64,000 nt of DNA, taken from positions 23,338-87,337 of the forward strand of contig DGSC01000003.1 in NCBI GenBank assembly GCA_002391275.1. The letters run 5' to 3'. The number at the start of each line of letters is the position of its first letter. Position 1 is the stretch's first letter. Below, piece by piece: positions 10,123 to 19,577 of this stretch. This stretch comes from Prevotellaceae bacterium UBA4372. Its GTDB lineage: Bacteria; Bacteroidota; Bacteroidia; Bacteroidales; Bacteroidaceae. The translations under genes and the position numbers were made by a program. The notes under the pieces are model-generated. The model was not told where the DNA came from. It worked only from the letters and a program-made list of their open reading frames with translations, and did no database searches.

Positions 10123-10329
10123 TTAATTTTATTGCCTCCGTTCGCCTGTTCCACGCGTGGTACTGACGGGTACCAGCCATGGTACTGCCACACACCAAGT
10201 GCCGTTCAGACGCTGATTGCATGTTGCTCAACCACTTATTGCGTGCAAATGGGACAATAATAGCTTGCTACGTTGTGCTTAGTCCTGCTGTAAGTTGACG
10301 GAGAATCTATCACTCTCTGGCCCAATCTA

Positions 10330-10383
10330 TCACATCTATCACTTATCCAGGCCCGATAAAACCTCAATTAGTGATAGATGTGA
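10330..10383. repeat. Perfect 14-bp inverted repeat (hairpin) in a gene-free region
   Basis: TCACATCTATCACT (10330-10343) and AGTGATAGATGTGA (10370-10383) are separated by a 26-nt loop. The half-site ATCTATCAC also occurs at 10305 and 10325. Confidence 0.6.
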
Positions 10384-10764
10384 CGGAATAACCTATATGT
10401 TCGAGATCACCCTCAGCCTTGGTTGTATCTGTAACTCTCAACCCTCCCGACTACAAGAGGCTGGCAAGGTCGTGCGCACTGGTGTATGGCTTCTGGAATA
10501 GAATTCTATTGTTCTTTGTATAAAATAAAACGACCCGCCGATTTAAGCATTGAAAAGAGGCTTGGCGGGTTCTCGTGTTACAAAGGTATGGCTTTAAATT
10601 GTAACAGCTATACCTTTTGCAGAGAAAGGATAAATGTTGCCAAAGGAAAAACAATTTTGCATCAAAGTGCCACCTTTACGCTTCTTCTTCCTTACTTTTT
10701 CCAAATCAATTTGCACCAATGTTTACCTGTCTACGACACAAATGTCACGATTGATAATTAAACA

Positions 10765-10812
10765 ACGTGAGTTCGACGAATCCTAAATAGTTTCATCGAA
10801 CTCACGTTTTTT
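10765..10812 (+). terminator. Rho-independent terminator with no obvious upstream gene
   Basis: ACGTGAGTTCGA (10765-10776) pairs perfectly with TCGAACTCACGT (10796-10807) and is followed by TTTTTT. The nearest plus-strand CDS ends at 10122. Confidence 0.6.
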
Positions 10813-11003
10813 AATATCAACGAGTTGTTATATCTTTCTCGTTTTTGAAGGTTGGTTTTGCTCTGCAGCGCTCAAAGATCTGCCTTTTTCTACGAATGAT
10901 GTATTTGCATCATTCAACTTCCTGGCGATCTCTTTTCTTGTTGCTTTGCAACTGCTTACGAGAGTCCAAAACTTTCCCTTATGATGTTTCCTTCGATTGA
11001 GTC

Positions 11004-12614
11004 TTAGAAGCTGACGCTAACACCGACGCAGAAGACGTCGTTGGTGCGATGCAGACGATCGTTGCCAGGAGTCTGAGCCGCACTGATGTTGTCTACTCTC
11101 TCACTCAAGTCTTTAATAACGGCCAATTGCTGGGGCGCTTGTTCACTACCGCTCTGACCAATCTCTTGAGCGATGTTCTTGACCTGCTTCTTCACATCAG
11201 CAAGCAGATCACCGAAGTTAGCTTTTATGCCGTTGTAGTCGGCCTGAGCCTTATCGTAGTGCTGGTAAAGGGTCTTGAAATACGAGACGTCGAGGGCCAC
11301 TTTCTTCGAGAGGTGGAAGCGAGCACCGAGGCCTACGCTGTTTGAACTGCATACGAAGCTCATGTCGCTTATGTAGCGGCTGTTCTCACCCAAGCCATAG
11401 TTGGTGGTCTGCCAACCAGCACTGACGGTGACGAGGTCGCAGATGTCGTACTCGGCGCCGGCCGTGATTTCCCAGGTCTGACCGTCGAGTTCCTTCTCGC
11501 GATGGCCGTACTGTGTGGCTTGTTTGTCAAAGTAGACATGGCCACCAGCATTGATGCGCACCTTCTCGATGGGGCTGTACTGAGCGCCTACATAGAGGAT
11601 GGCAGGCAGGTCGGCAGCCACTTTCTTACCGTCGGCATACTCGTCGAGCTGGGCCAAGGCTGAACCGCTGGCCGATTCGCCACTCTCGTTTTCGAGGCGC
11701 ATGCGGGTCTTGAACTCGTATTTGGCTGCTACGTTCCAGTGGTCGTTAATGCGCCAGTCTACACCGATGATAGGTGTTATCCCCCACCCTTTCTGGTCGC
11801 AGTTGAGGTTGACGTCGCCAGCTACGCCTGCGACGTTAGTCATAACGGAAGCCAACTGCGGCACTGCTGTGGCCAACTGCATGATCATAGGGTCCATGGC
11901 TGTTTTCACGGGTACCTGCTGGCCCGTAGGCGTCACCACTTTCATGTCGCTCACATAACCGTAGTAGTTGCATATTGCATATACAGCACGCAGGCCGAGG
12001 GCTACATTCAGGTTGTCGGTAACCTTGTAGGAGCCATTCAGCTGTCCGCCGAAGTAGTACTGCTTTCCACGCATGTAGGTTTCCATGGCATAGCCTGTAG
12101 CTGCCTGAGTGCCGGCAAAGGCGTTCATCACGGAGGGCAGCATCGCCACTTTGCTCTCGAACGAACCAAGGCCGTCCTTGAACTCACACTTGCCGCCGCC
12201 ACCGACGACGCCAAAGTGGAAGGCCAGACTCCAACGGTCCTGAACGTAAGCGAGGTCGAGCGACGGAATGACAGGTGCTGTGGCTGTGCCCTTATACTTT
12301 TTCGTTGCGGCCGTGTTCTTCTGGCCGTTGACATAACCGAGGGCAAAAGGTCCCCTGTCTGGATCTACGAACCACGACTCAGCCGTGCGTGTCTGAAACG
12401 CGCTTTGATTAGAGAATGCAAAATGCCATCCAGGCGTGAGAAAGCCCACACCGGCGGGGTTGGCGTAAGTAGCCATAACGTCAATCATGGCTTCCTGCGA
12501 GAGGTTGCGGCCGAAAGCTGCATTCTGATTTGTGTTTGTGAGGTAGCCGCCTGCCATTGCCGACGTAGACGCCAGCGCCAGTGTGGCTGCCATAACGAGT
12601 CTTGTTGTCTTCAT
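11004..12614 (-). CDS. FadL/OMPP1/TodX-family outer-membrane transport protein
   Basis: Signal peptide MKTTRLVMAATLALASTSAMA. N-terminal GGYLTNTNQNAAFGRNLSQEA...ANPAGVGFL is typical of FadL-type barrels. The C-terminus ends in an aromatic residue (...GVSVSF). Confidence 0.75.
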   Translation of the reverse strand: MKTTRLVMAATLALASTSAMAGGYLTNTNQNAAFGRNLSQEAMIDVMATYANPAGVGFLTPGWHFAFSNQSAFQTRTAESWFVDPDRGPFALGYVNGQKNTAATKKYKGTATAPVIPSLDLAYVQDRWSLAFHFGVVGGGGKCEFKDGLGSFESKVAMLPSVMNAFAGTQAATGYAMETYMRGKQYYFGGQLNGSYKVTDNLNVALGLRAVYAICNYYGYVSDMKVVTPTGQQVPVKTAMDPMIMQLATAVPQLASVMTNVAGVAGDVNLNCDQKGWGITPIIGVDWRINDHWNVAAKYEFKTRMRLENESGESASGSALAQLDEYADGKKVAADLPAILYVGAQYSPIEKVRINAGGHVYFDKQATQYGHREKELDGQTWEITAGAEYDICDLVTVSAGWQTTNYGLGENSRYISDMSFVCSSNSVGLGARFHLSKKVALDVSYFKTLYQHYDKAQADYNGIKANFGDLLADVKKQVKNIAQEIGQSGSEQAPQQLAVIKDLSERVDNISAAQTPGNDRLHRTNDVFCVGVSVSF

Positions 12615-12859
12615 TCGTGTTCCTGTTTATGGATGAATAATGTTTTCTTAACCTTAGTAAAGGAGGTCGCGAGTTAGGCATCCTGCACGTACTCCTTTTC
12701 CAAATCGACGCAAAGGTACACCTTTTAAGTGAAACAGCAAAACAAATTGCACAAAACCATCATAGCTGTGCAATAAACTTATCCTATGTCAAGAAAGCAT
12801 CTTTCTTCTCTTTTCTGCCCATCGAGAGGAACAATTCGCAATCGAGGAATTGGAGGACT

Positions 12860-12903
12860 AAAAAAATGCGGCCAGCCTAATTGGCAAATTAGGTTGGCCG
12901 CAT
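12860..12903 (-). terminator. Rho-independent terminator of the DUF4837 gene
   Basis: 17-bp stem, ATGCGGCCAGCCTAATT (12866-12882) with AATTAGGTTGGCCGCAT (12887-12903), including one G-T pair and a 4-nt loop. The A7 run at 12860-12866 gives a U-run in the minus-sense RNA. Confidence 0.8.
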
Positions 12904-12908
12904 CGGGC

Positions 12909-12975
12909 TATTCTCTTAGGTGCATTGACCAATTCTCTTAGGTGAATTAACCAATTCTCTTAGGAGCATAAAAAC
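12909..12975. repeat. Three tandem units of a 22-bp repeat (CTTAGG family)
   Basis: TTCTCTTAGG starts at 12911, 12933 and 12955, an exact 22-bp phase. The units lie between the DUF4837 stop (12985) and its terminator. Confidence 0.85.
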
Positions 12976-12984
12976 AAGGGTCTT

Positions 12985-13992
12985 TTATTCGTATGTCCTT
13001 AGGGCAGCTTCCATCTCACGGAGAATTGTGCGCTTGGGCGAATGTGGCGAATAGATGAATCCCTCGGTCACGACCACACGCTGCCGGGCAGTATCGATGT
13101 GCTCCATCGCCACGAAGGCACCGCCAAGGGCGCCGTTGTGCATCTCCCATAAGCCATGTACCTCGTGTATATATTTATTATTTATAGTACGCGCGCGTGA
13201 GACAACAAGAGGTTGCTCATCCTCCCTTGCCGTCTGCATCCATTGGTCAGGACGCGCACCTGGGATGTTAGCCTTCAACGCACTGTCGCGCTTGGCCACA
13301 TACTGCCCCGCCGAGAGCGGTCGGCCATCCCAAGGATAGGAATAGTAGACGAAATTCTGGTCGCGATCGTTGAGGTTCGTTCCCGTCCATAGGAAATCCG
13401 TTGCGCGTTTCGACGCTTTCAATGCCGCCGGCACACAGATGCTATGACCTGTGAGCTCGGCAAAGGCTTCAGCCGTAGCCTTATTGTGCTTTTTCCGCAG
13501 CGACTGGGCCATATAATTCAACTCGGCATCCACCAGAATATCGGTGATGCGCTGCCGCTGCTGCCCCAGCAAGAGGGCAAGCTCATGGGCATTCGGAGCC
13601 TCCACCATGACTTCAGTCTGCGGCACGGCAACGGTATTCCGGGCTACTCCCCACGTTGCTTCCGCCGCCTGTTTGTTCAACCTCAATATGCAACGGAGCC
13701 TGAACGTCCGCCAAGGAGTAAGGTTGGCATCGGCCCAAACCATGTTTAGACGGAACATAGGTTCGTGCTGAGGCAGGACTGGCGTAGAGGCACTCACGAG
13801 CGCATCGAGCGAATCGCGTACCTCACCCGCATAAAGCTGTTGGGGAATAATCACGACAAGTTCGAAGGGCAGTCCTCGCGAGGCAGGCTTATGCCCCACT
13901 TCTTCATCGGCAGCAGAACCACCCGAACGGCCGCCACACGAAATCAGCAGGAAAAACAAAGCCAGATAGAAGGGCAAAAGAATGAATCTCAT
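12985..13992 (-). CDS. DUF4837-family lipoprotein (paralog 1)
   Basis: The ORF track gives 12985-14031. The likely true start is MRFILLPFYLALFFLLISCGG (lipobox) at 13992. It resembles the second copy at 32716-33831 (LPFELVVIIP.../RPYEVMVVMS..., ...VVVTEGFIYSP/IVIVVEGFVFAP). Confidence 0.7.
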   Translation of the reverse strand: MRFILLPFYLALFFLLISCGGRSGGSAADEEVGHKPASRGLPFELVVIIPQQLYAGEVRDSLDALVSASTPVLPQHEPMFRLNMVWADANLTPWRTFRLRCILRLNKQAAEATWGVARNTVAVPQTEVMVEAPNAHELALLLGQQRQRITDILVDAELNYMAQSLRKKHNKATAEAFAELTGHSICVPAALKASKRATDFLWTGTNLNDRDQNFVYYSYPWDGRPLSAGQYVAKRDSALKANIPGARPDQWMQTAREDEQPLVVSRARTINNKYIHEVHGLWEMHNGALGGAFVAMEHIDTARQRVVVTEGFIYSPHSPKRTILREMEAALRTYE

Positions 13993-14108
13993 AGGATAAA
14001 AAGCGCTTATTCGTGTGCAAAGATAAACCAATAATAAAAGCTATTCGTAAAAACGTCTCTTAATTATTTATTTTTCACTTTTCCCTTCCGACTTTTCGTC
14101 ATAAATAG

Positions 14109-14116
14109 TAATTTTG
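14109..14116 (+). promoter_or_regulatory. Bacteroidota -7 promoter box upstream of the TonB-dependent receptor
   Basis: TAATTTTG (TAnnTTTG) lies 60 nt upstream of the ATG at 14176, in an AT-rich intergenic region. Confidence 0.45.
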
Positions 14117-14175
14117 CGCGCGAAATCATACATCTATTCATTTAATTAATCCTTTAATTCTATCCACTCACTACT

Positions 14176-17100
14176 ATGCAGAAAAGACTTTTCTTTCTGA
14201 TGGCAGCCCTGCTGCTGGCGTGCGCCGGCGCTGTGGCTCAGGTGACGACGTCAGGCATGAGCGGCCGCGTGACGCTCGACAATGCCAAGGGCGAAAGCGT
14301 CATCGGTGCCAACGTCGTTGCTACGCACGAACCGACGGGCACTCGCTATCAGGCTGTCACGAATGCCGACGGCCGCTTCAACATTCAAGGTATGCGCACG
14401 GGCGGTCCCTACGCCGTCACGGTGTCGTACATCGGTTTCCAACCCAAAAAGCTCAGCAACATACAACTGGTGCTGGGCGAGACCTACAACATGGCCGTTT
14501 GGCTCGAAGAGAATGCCAGCGAGATGAACGAGGTGGTCATCACCGAGAGAGCATCCAAGTTCTCGGCTGAACGAACAGGCGCCTCCACGAACATCTCCAA
14601 CGAACAGCTGATGAACCTGCCCACCATCAGCCGCTCAATCACCGACATCACACGCCTCTCGCCCTACGGTGGCAAAGGCATGAGTTTCACCGGAAGCGAT
14701 GGCCGTATGGGCAACTTCACGGTCGACGGTGCCAACTTCAACAACGACTTCGGTCTCTCCGAGAACCTGCCCGGCGGCGGCAACCCCATCAGCATCGACG
14801 CTATCGAAGAGCTGCAAGTGGTGATCTCGCCCTACGATGTGCGCCAGACCAACTTCATCGGCGGCGGCGTGAATGCGGTCACTAAGAGCGGTACAAATAC
14901 GTTCAAGGGCTCGGCCTACGTCTACCACCGCAACGAGAATATGCGAGGCAGCGCCGTGGACCACGAGCAGATAGCCACCGCACGCGACAAGGACCGCACC
15001 ACCACCTACGGCTTCACACTCGGCGGCCCCATCATCAAGGACAAACTCTTCTTCTTCGTCAACGGCGAGATGGTAAAGACGCCAACCGTGGCCAACCGCT
15101 GGCGCGCATCGGTCGACGGCGTAGCCGATGCCGACAACTTCGTCTCGCGCACTACCGAGGCCGACATGCAGCGCGTGTCCGACTTTGTGAAGCAGAAGTA
15201 TGGCTACAACACCGGCTCCTACAACAGCTTCCCTGCCGACCAGAACAACTATAAGCTGCTGGCGCGAATCGACTACAACATCACCGACCGCCACCACTTG
15301 GCAGCACGCTACAACTACACGAAGAACAACTACTGGGTAAGTCCCAACGCCTCTTCGATGGACGGCGGCACACGCTCGCCATACTCCCGCATGTCGCAGT
15401 ACTCAATGGCTTTCGCCAACTCGATGTACGGAATGGACAACCTCGTTCACTCGGCATCGCTCGACCTCAACAGCCGTCTGACCGACAACCTCTCGAACCA
15501 GTTCCTCGTAGCCTTCGCAAAGAAGGATGACATCCGTTCATCTAACTCCAGCGAGTTCCCCTTCATCGACATTCAGGACGGCTCGGGCAACAACATCCAG
15601 TACATGAGCCTCGGCTACGAGCTCTTCACCTGGAACAATGCCGTGCACTCCACATCGCTGAACATCAAGGACGATATCAACTACTATCTCGGCGCCCACA
15701 AGATCATGGCCGGCGTAAGCTATGAATACCAGATGGACGACAACCAGTACATGCGAAACGGCACGGGCTACTACCGCTACCGCTCGATGGACGACTTCTT
15801 CAACGGTGCCACGCCCGAGGTCGTGTGTCTCACCTATGGCTACGACGGCGAGACGAAACCTGCAGCACGCGTGCGCTACAACAAGCTCGGCGTGTATGCC
15901 CAGGACGACTGGAACATCACCGACCGCTTCAAGCTCGCCTACGGTCTGCGCATCGACGGCCTCTTCTTCAACCACGGCGACCTCCTTACTAACGCCGCCA
16001 TCAAAGCCCTCGACTACCACGACCCCGACGGCGACCTCCGTCACATCGACACCGGCAAATGGCCGTCGGCCAACATCATCTTCTCACCGCGCGTAGGCTT
16101 CACCTGGGATGTCTTCGGCAACCAGAGCCTAAAGATGCGCGGCGGCACAGGCCTCTTCAGCGGTCGCCTGCCCCTCGTGTTCTTCACCAATATGCCTACT
16201 AACGGCGGCCTCGTGCAGTATCAGGCACAGCTCGGCCCGAGCACCAAGTATGCCAACCTGCCGGCTGACGTCCGCGCCAAATACTCCGACATGGGCGCCA
16301 TCATGAGCGAGTTCGCCGGAGGCCTCGTCACCGACGCCAACGGCAACGCCAACATCGCAGCTCTCCAGCAGAAGCTCTTCCAGATGGGATTCCCGCAGAC
16401 CGTGCGCCCCGAAGACGGCACCGTGCCCAGCTCCATCTCGGCTGTCGACGACCACTTCAAGATGCCGCAGGTGTGGAAGACATCACTCGCGCTCGACTAT
16501 CAGCTGCCCGTCAGCTTCCCCTTCACCGTCACCGTCGAAGGTCTGTTCGAGAAAACGCTCAACGCCACCACCATCTCCGACTGGAGCATGCTACCCGTCG
16601 AAGGCTATGCACGCTGGAATGGCGCCGACAACCGCCCCATCTTCCCCTCCGAGTTCCGTAGCGGCACAAAGGCTTTCGTGCTCTCCAACACGAATAAAGG
16701 CTACCTCTGGATGACCAACATCACCCTTGAGGCACAGCCCGCCAAATGGGTCAGCCTCATGGCATCCTACACCCACACCATGCGAAAGGAGCTCACAAGC
16801 ATGCCCGGCAGCAACGCCGAGAGCGCATTCACTTACGTGCCCGCAGTATCCGGCCCCAACAACCTGAAGCTCCACAACGCCTACAACGTCACACCCGACC
16901 GCTTCATCGCAAACGCCACCTTGCACGACAAGAGCAACAACCACTACAGCCTCTTCTACGAGACATGGCGCGGCGGCTACAACTACTCCTACATGCTGGC
17001 CAATGACATGAATGCCGACGGCTATGCCTACGACGCTCTCTACATTCCCACCGACGCTGAGGTTGAGAACGGGCAGTTCCGCTTCGCATCAGCAGGCGAC

Positions 17101-17508
17101 CGCGAGCGATTCATGAACTACGTGCACGACGACAGCTACCTTAGCAACCATCAGGGCGAATATGCCGAGGCTTACAGCCTCTATAACCCTTGGGTACACC
17201 GCATCGATATCGCCTACAAGCACGACTTCGTCGTACGCGCCGGCAAGACCAAGAACACCCTGCAGCTCGGCTTCGATGTGAAGAACGTCCTCAACCTCTT
17301 CAACTCCTCATGGGGCGTCACGAAATACATGAATCCTGCCCTCAACGAAGGACGCATACTCAAGTACGAATCGACCGACGCACAGGGCTATCCCGTATTC
17401 TCCACGCCTTCGGCCGTAGGCACCAACATCAAGACCTTCGTGCCCTACAAGGGTAACATCGGACAGTGCTGGTACGCAAGCATCGGCGTTCGCTACATCT
17501 TTAACTAA
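14176..17508 (+). CDS. TonB-dependent outer-membrane receptor with an N-terminal carboxypeptidase-regulatory-like domain (Oar-like, not SusC-like)
   Basis: 1110 aa. Signal peptide. The MSGRVTLDNAKGESVIGANVVATHEPTGTRYQAVTNADGRFNIQGMRTGGPYAVTVSYIGFQ region is a CarbopepD_reg-type domain, followed by plug and barrel. C-terminus is ...ASIGVRYIFN. Confidence 0.9.
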   Translation: MQKRLFFLMAALLLACAGAVAQVTTSGMSGRVTLDNAKGESVIGANVVATHEPTGTRYQAVTNADGRFNIQGMRTGGPYAVTVSYIGFQPKKLSNIQLVLGETYNMAVWLEENASEMNEVVITERASKFSAERTGASTNISNEQLMNLPTISRSITDITRLSPYGGKGMSFTGSDGRMGNFTVDGANFNNDFGLSENLPGGGNPISIDAIEELQVVISPYDVRQTNFIGGGVNAVTKSGTNTFKGSAYVYHRNENMRGSAVDHEQIATARDKDRTTTYGFTLGGPIIKDKLFFFVNGEMVKTPTVANRWRASVDGVADADNFVSRTTEADMQRVSDFVKQKYGYNTGSYNSFPADQNNYKLLARIDYNITDRHHLAARYNYTKNNYWVSPNASSMDGGTRSPYSRMSQYSMAFANSMYGMDNLVHSASLDLNSRLTDNLSNQFLVAFAKKDDIRSSNSSEFPFIDIQDGSGNNIQYMSLGYELFTWNNAVHSTSLNIKDDINYYLGAHKIMAGVSYEYQMDDNQYMRNGTGYYRYRSMDDFFNGATPEVVCLTYGYDGETKPAARVRYNKLGVYAQDDWNITDRFKLAYGLRIDGLFFNHGDLLTNAAIKALDYHDPDGDLRHIDTGKWPSANIIFSPRVGFTWDVFGNQSLKMRGGTGLFSGRLPLVFFTNMPTNGGLVQYQAQLGPSTKYANLPADVRAKYSDMGAIMSEFAGGLVTDANGNANIAALQQKLFQMGFPQTVRPEDGTVPSSISAVDDHFKMPQVWKTSLALDYQLPVSFPFTVTVEGLFEKTLNATTISDWSMLPVEGYARWNGADNRPIFPSEFRSGTKAFVLSNTNKGYLWMTNITLEAQPAKWVSLMASYTHTMRKELTSMPGSNAESAFTYVPAVSGPNNLKLHNAYNVTPDRFIANATLHDKSNNHYSLFYETWRGGYNYSYMLANDMNADGYAYDALYIPTDAEVENGQFRFASAGDRERFMNYVHDDSYLSNHQGEYAEAYSLYNPWVHRIDIAYKHDFVVRAGKTKNTLQLGFDVKNVLNLFNSSWGVTKYMNPALNEGRILKYESTDAQGYPVFSTPSAVGTNIKTFVPYKGNIGQCWYASIGVRYIFN

Positions 17509-17579
17509 TTCATAATTCGCAATTCATAATTCACTATACGTTAAACGCTAATCGTTAAACGCAAAACGACAATCCAATT

Positions 17580-19352
17580 ATGAAACTAAAATATATCTTC
17601 GGTCTCGTCCTGGCTGCACTGATGGCCGTCGGTTGCTCCGACGACAACACAGTCGACCCGCTCGCCAGCATAGCCATCGACCAGACCTTCGTCAGCATCC
17701 CCGTAGAGGGGGGCGACGCCACCATCACCATAACCGCGCAAGGCGACTGGGCCTTCGACAAAGTCATTAGCGCAGGCAAAGACGCCGACGGCAAAGCCAT
17801 CTTCACCGAGCTGCCCGCATGGCTCACTGCCGACAAGATCAGCGGCAGCGCCGGACAGACCACCGTCACCTTCCACGCCGACGCCACCGAGGCCGGCCGC
17901 GAAGCCGAGCTCCGCATTGCCACCGGCACCGACAGACAGTTCATCATCGTTCGCCAAGGCTCACTGGATGCTTCCGAAGCCACATGCGCCGACGTCATAG
18001 CAGCACCCGACGGCAAGACCTTCCGCGTAACCGGTACCGTGGCCAATATCCTCAACACTCAGTACGGCAACTGGGACCTTGAGGACGAGACGGGCACCAT
18101 CCGCATCTACGGCACCAACGACAAGGAGGGCAAGAAAGGCAACAACCCCATCGACGGCGCTGACGGTTGGGGATTCGAAGTAGGTGACGTCGTCACCGTT
18201 GAAGGTCCCAAGTCCACCTACGGCACCACCGTCGAACTCGTCGACGTAACGGTCATCTCTGTCAAGAAGTCGCTGCTCAAGGTCGTAACGCCCGAGCAGA
18301 CCGTAGGCATCGAAGGCGGCGACATCGACGTCAAGCTTGCATACAAAGGCAGCGGAGCTTACGCCGCACTGCCCGCCGACTGCGACTGGATCACTATCAC
18401 CGGCGAGGACTACGTGGCCGGCAAAGCCACGCTCTTCGAGCCTAACCCGGCCGACACCGCAATCGTGCACCTGCGCATAGCCCCCAACGCCAGCAACGGC
18501 CGTAAGGCTGCCATTGACTTCAGCTCAAGCAACGCCAGCACCACCAGCACCATCACTTGGACTCTCACCCAGAATGCCTTCACGTTGCCTCACGGCGAGA
18601 GCGCCGACGACCCATTCACCATTGAAGAAGCCATCGCCAAGTGCATCGAGATCGGCAGCACCTCCGACGGCGTCATCTACTACGCACGCGGCTACATCAG
18701 CAGTATCAAGGAAGTCTCCACCTCCTACGGCAATGCCACCTTCAACATCAGCGACGACGGCAGCAACGACAACGCCCTCACCGTCTACCGTTCCAAGTGG
18801 CTCGAGAACGCGTCTTTCACTGCCGAGAATCAGATTGGCGTGGGCGACGAGGTCATCATCCGCGGTAAGCTTGTCAACTTCACACGCGATAACGTCAACT
18901 ACACACCTGAATTCAGCGGCGACGTCTTCGTAGTATCGCACAAGGCTGCCGGCCCAGGCTCGCGCCTCCGTCCCTTCACCGCCGACGAAGCCACCGACTT
19001 CATCATGAACAACCTTGAGGTGGGTCAGTCGACCGACGACGAATACTACATCGCAGGCGAGATTGTCCGCATTGACAGCCCTGAGAAGAACCTTTTCAAC
19101 GCACAGTACGGCAACGCCTCGTTCTATATCGCCGATGACGAAGATCCCGCCAACACGCAGTTCTACGTCTATCGCACCTTCTACCTCGGCAACCGCAAGT
19201 GGGTCGAGGGCGACACGCAGATCCAAGTCGGCGACAAAGTAGTCGTCTGCGCCAAGCTGACCAAGTATAAGGACAGCAAGACAGGCGACATCATCCCCGA
19301 GACCGTCCAGAAAGCCACATACCTATACTCGCTCAACGGTAAGAAACAATAA
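17580..19352 (+). CDS. Surface lipoprotein with two BACON-like Ig domains and three OB-fold-like repeat modules
   Basis: Lipobox LMAVGCSDD. BACON-like segments: VSIPVEGGDATITITAQGDW...TTVTFHADATEAGREAELRIATG and VGIEGGDIDVKLAYKGSG...AIVHLRIAPNASNGRKAAIDF. Three repeats follow the pattern YGN(A/W)(T/S/D)F.I.DD...VYR....VGD.V.V.G.L..Y. Confidence 0.7.
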   Translation: MKLKYIFGLVLAALMAVGCSDDNTVDPLASIAIDQTFVSIPVEGGDATITITAQGDWAFDKVISAGKDADGKAIFTELPAWLTADKISGSAGQTTVTFHADATEAGREAELRIATGTDRQFIIVRQGSLDASEATCADVIAAPDGKTFRVTGTVANILNTQYGNWDLEDETGTIRIYGTNDKEGKKGNNPIDGADGWGFEVGDVVTVEGPKSTYGTTVELVDVTVISVKKSLLKVVTPEQTVGIEGGDIDVKLAYKGSGAYAALPADCDWITITGEDYVAGKATLFEPNPADTAIVHLRIAPNASNGRKAAIDFSSSNASTTSTITWTLTQNAFTLPHGESADDPFTIEEAIAKCIEIGSTSDGVIYYARGYISSIKEVSTSYGNATFNISDDGSNDNALTVYRSKWLENASFTAENQIGVGDEVIIRGKLVNFTRDNVNYTPEFSGDVFVVSHKAAGPGSRLRPFTADEATDFIMNNLEVGQSTDDEYYIAGEIVRIDSPEKNLFNAQYGNASFYIADDEDPANTQFYVYRTFYLGNRKWVEGDTQIQVGDKVVVCAKLTKYKDSKTGDIIPETVQKATYLYSLNGKKQ

Positions 19353-19430
19353 GCCCGGCACCTGTGACAAGCAGCCCCGCCGCTTGCCACTGCATCCTTT
19401 GCCGACCGAGGCTCAGCCTCATACACAAAA

Positions 19431-19466
19431 ATGCCCGCCCGTCCTCACCCGAGGACAGGCGGGCAT
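19431..19466 (+). terminator. Rho-independent terminator after the lipoprotein gene
   Basis: ATGCCCGCCCGTCCTC, loop ACCC, then GAGGACAGGCGGGCAT. The stem has one mismatch and is followed by TTTCCTT. Confidence 0.6.
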
Positions 19467-19577
19467 TTCCTTAAAGGATGTTTATTATTAGCGCGTAACC
19501 ATAAGATAATTAAGTGAAAATGCTTTTTATTATAAGATAATAATCATCTTTGCATAAAATTAAAGGCCATTCCATCC

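Noticed and set aside
14635-16044. Minus-strand ORFs of 220 and 168 aa (14635-15297 and 15538-16044), plus many Arg/Pro/His-rich plus-strand ORFs, inside the TonB-dependent receptor gene
   Set aside because: These are typical off-frame and antisense ORFs of a GC3-rich gene. Their products are Val/Gly/Ala/Asp- or Arg/His/Pro-rich nonsense.
14176-19352. Possible SusC/SusD polysaccharide utilisation locus
   Set aside because: The downstream lipoprotein is not SusD-like (no TPR-like helical fold signature), and no glycoside hydrolase or regulator is adjacent. I kept it only as an atypical receptor-lipoprotein pair.
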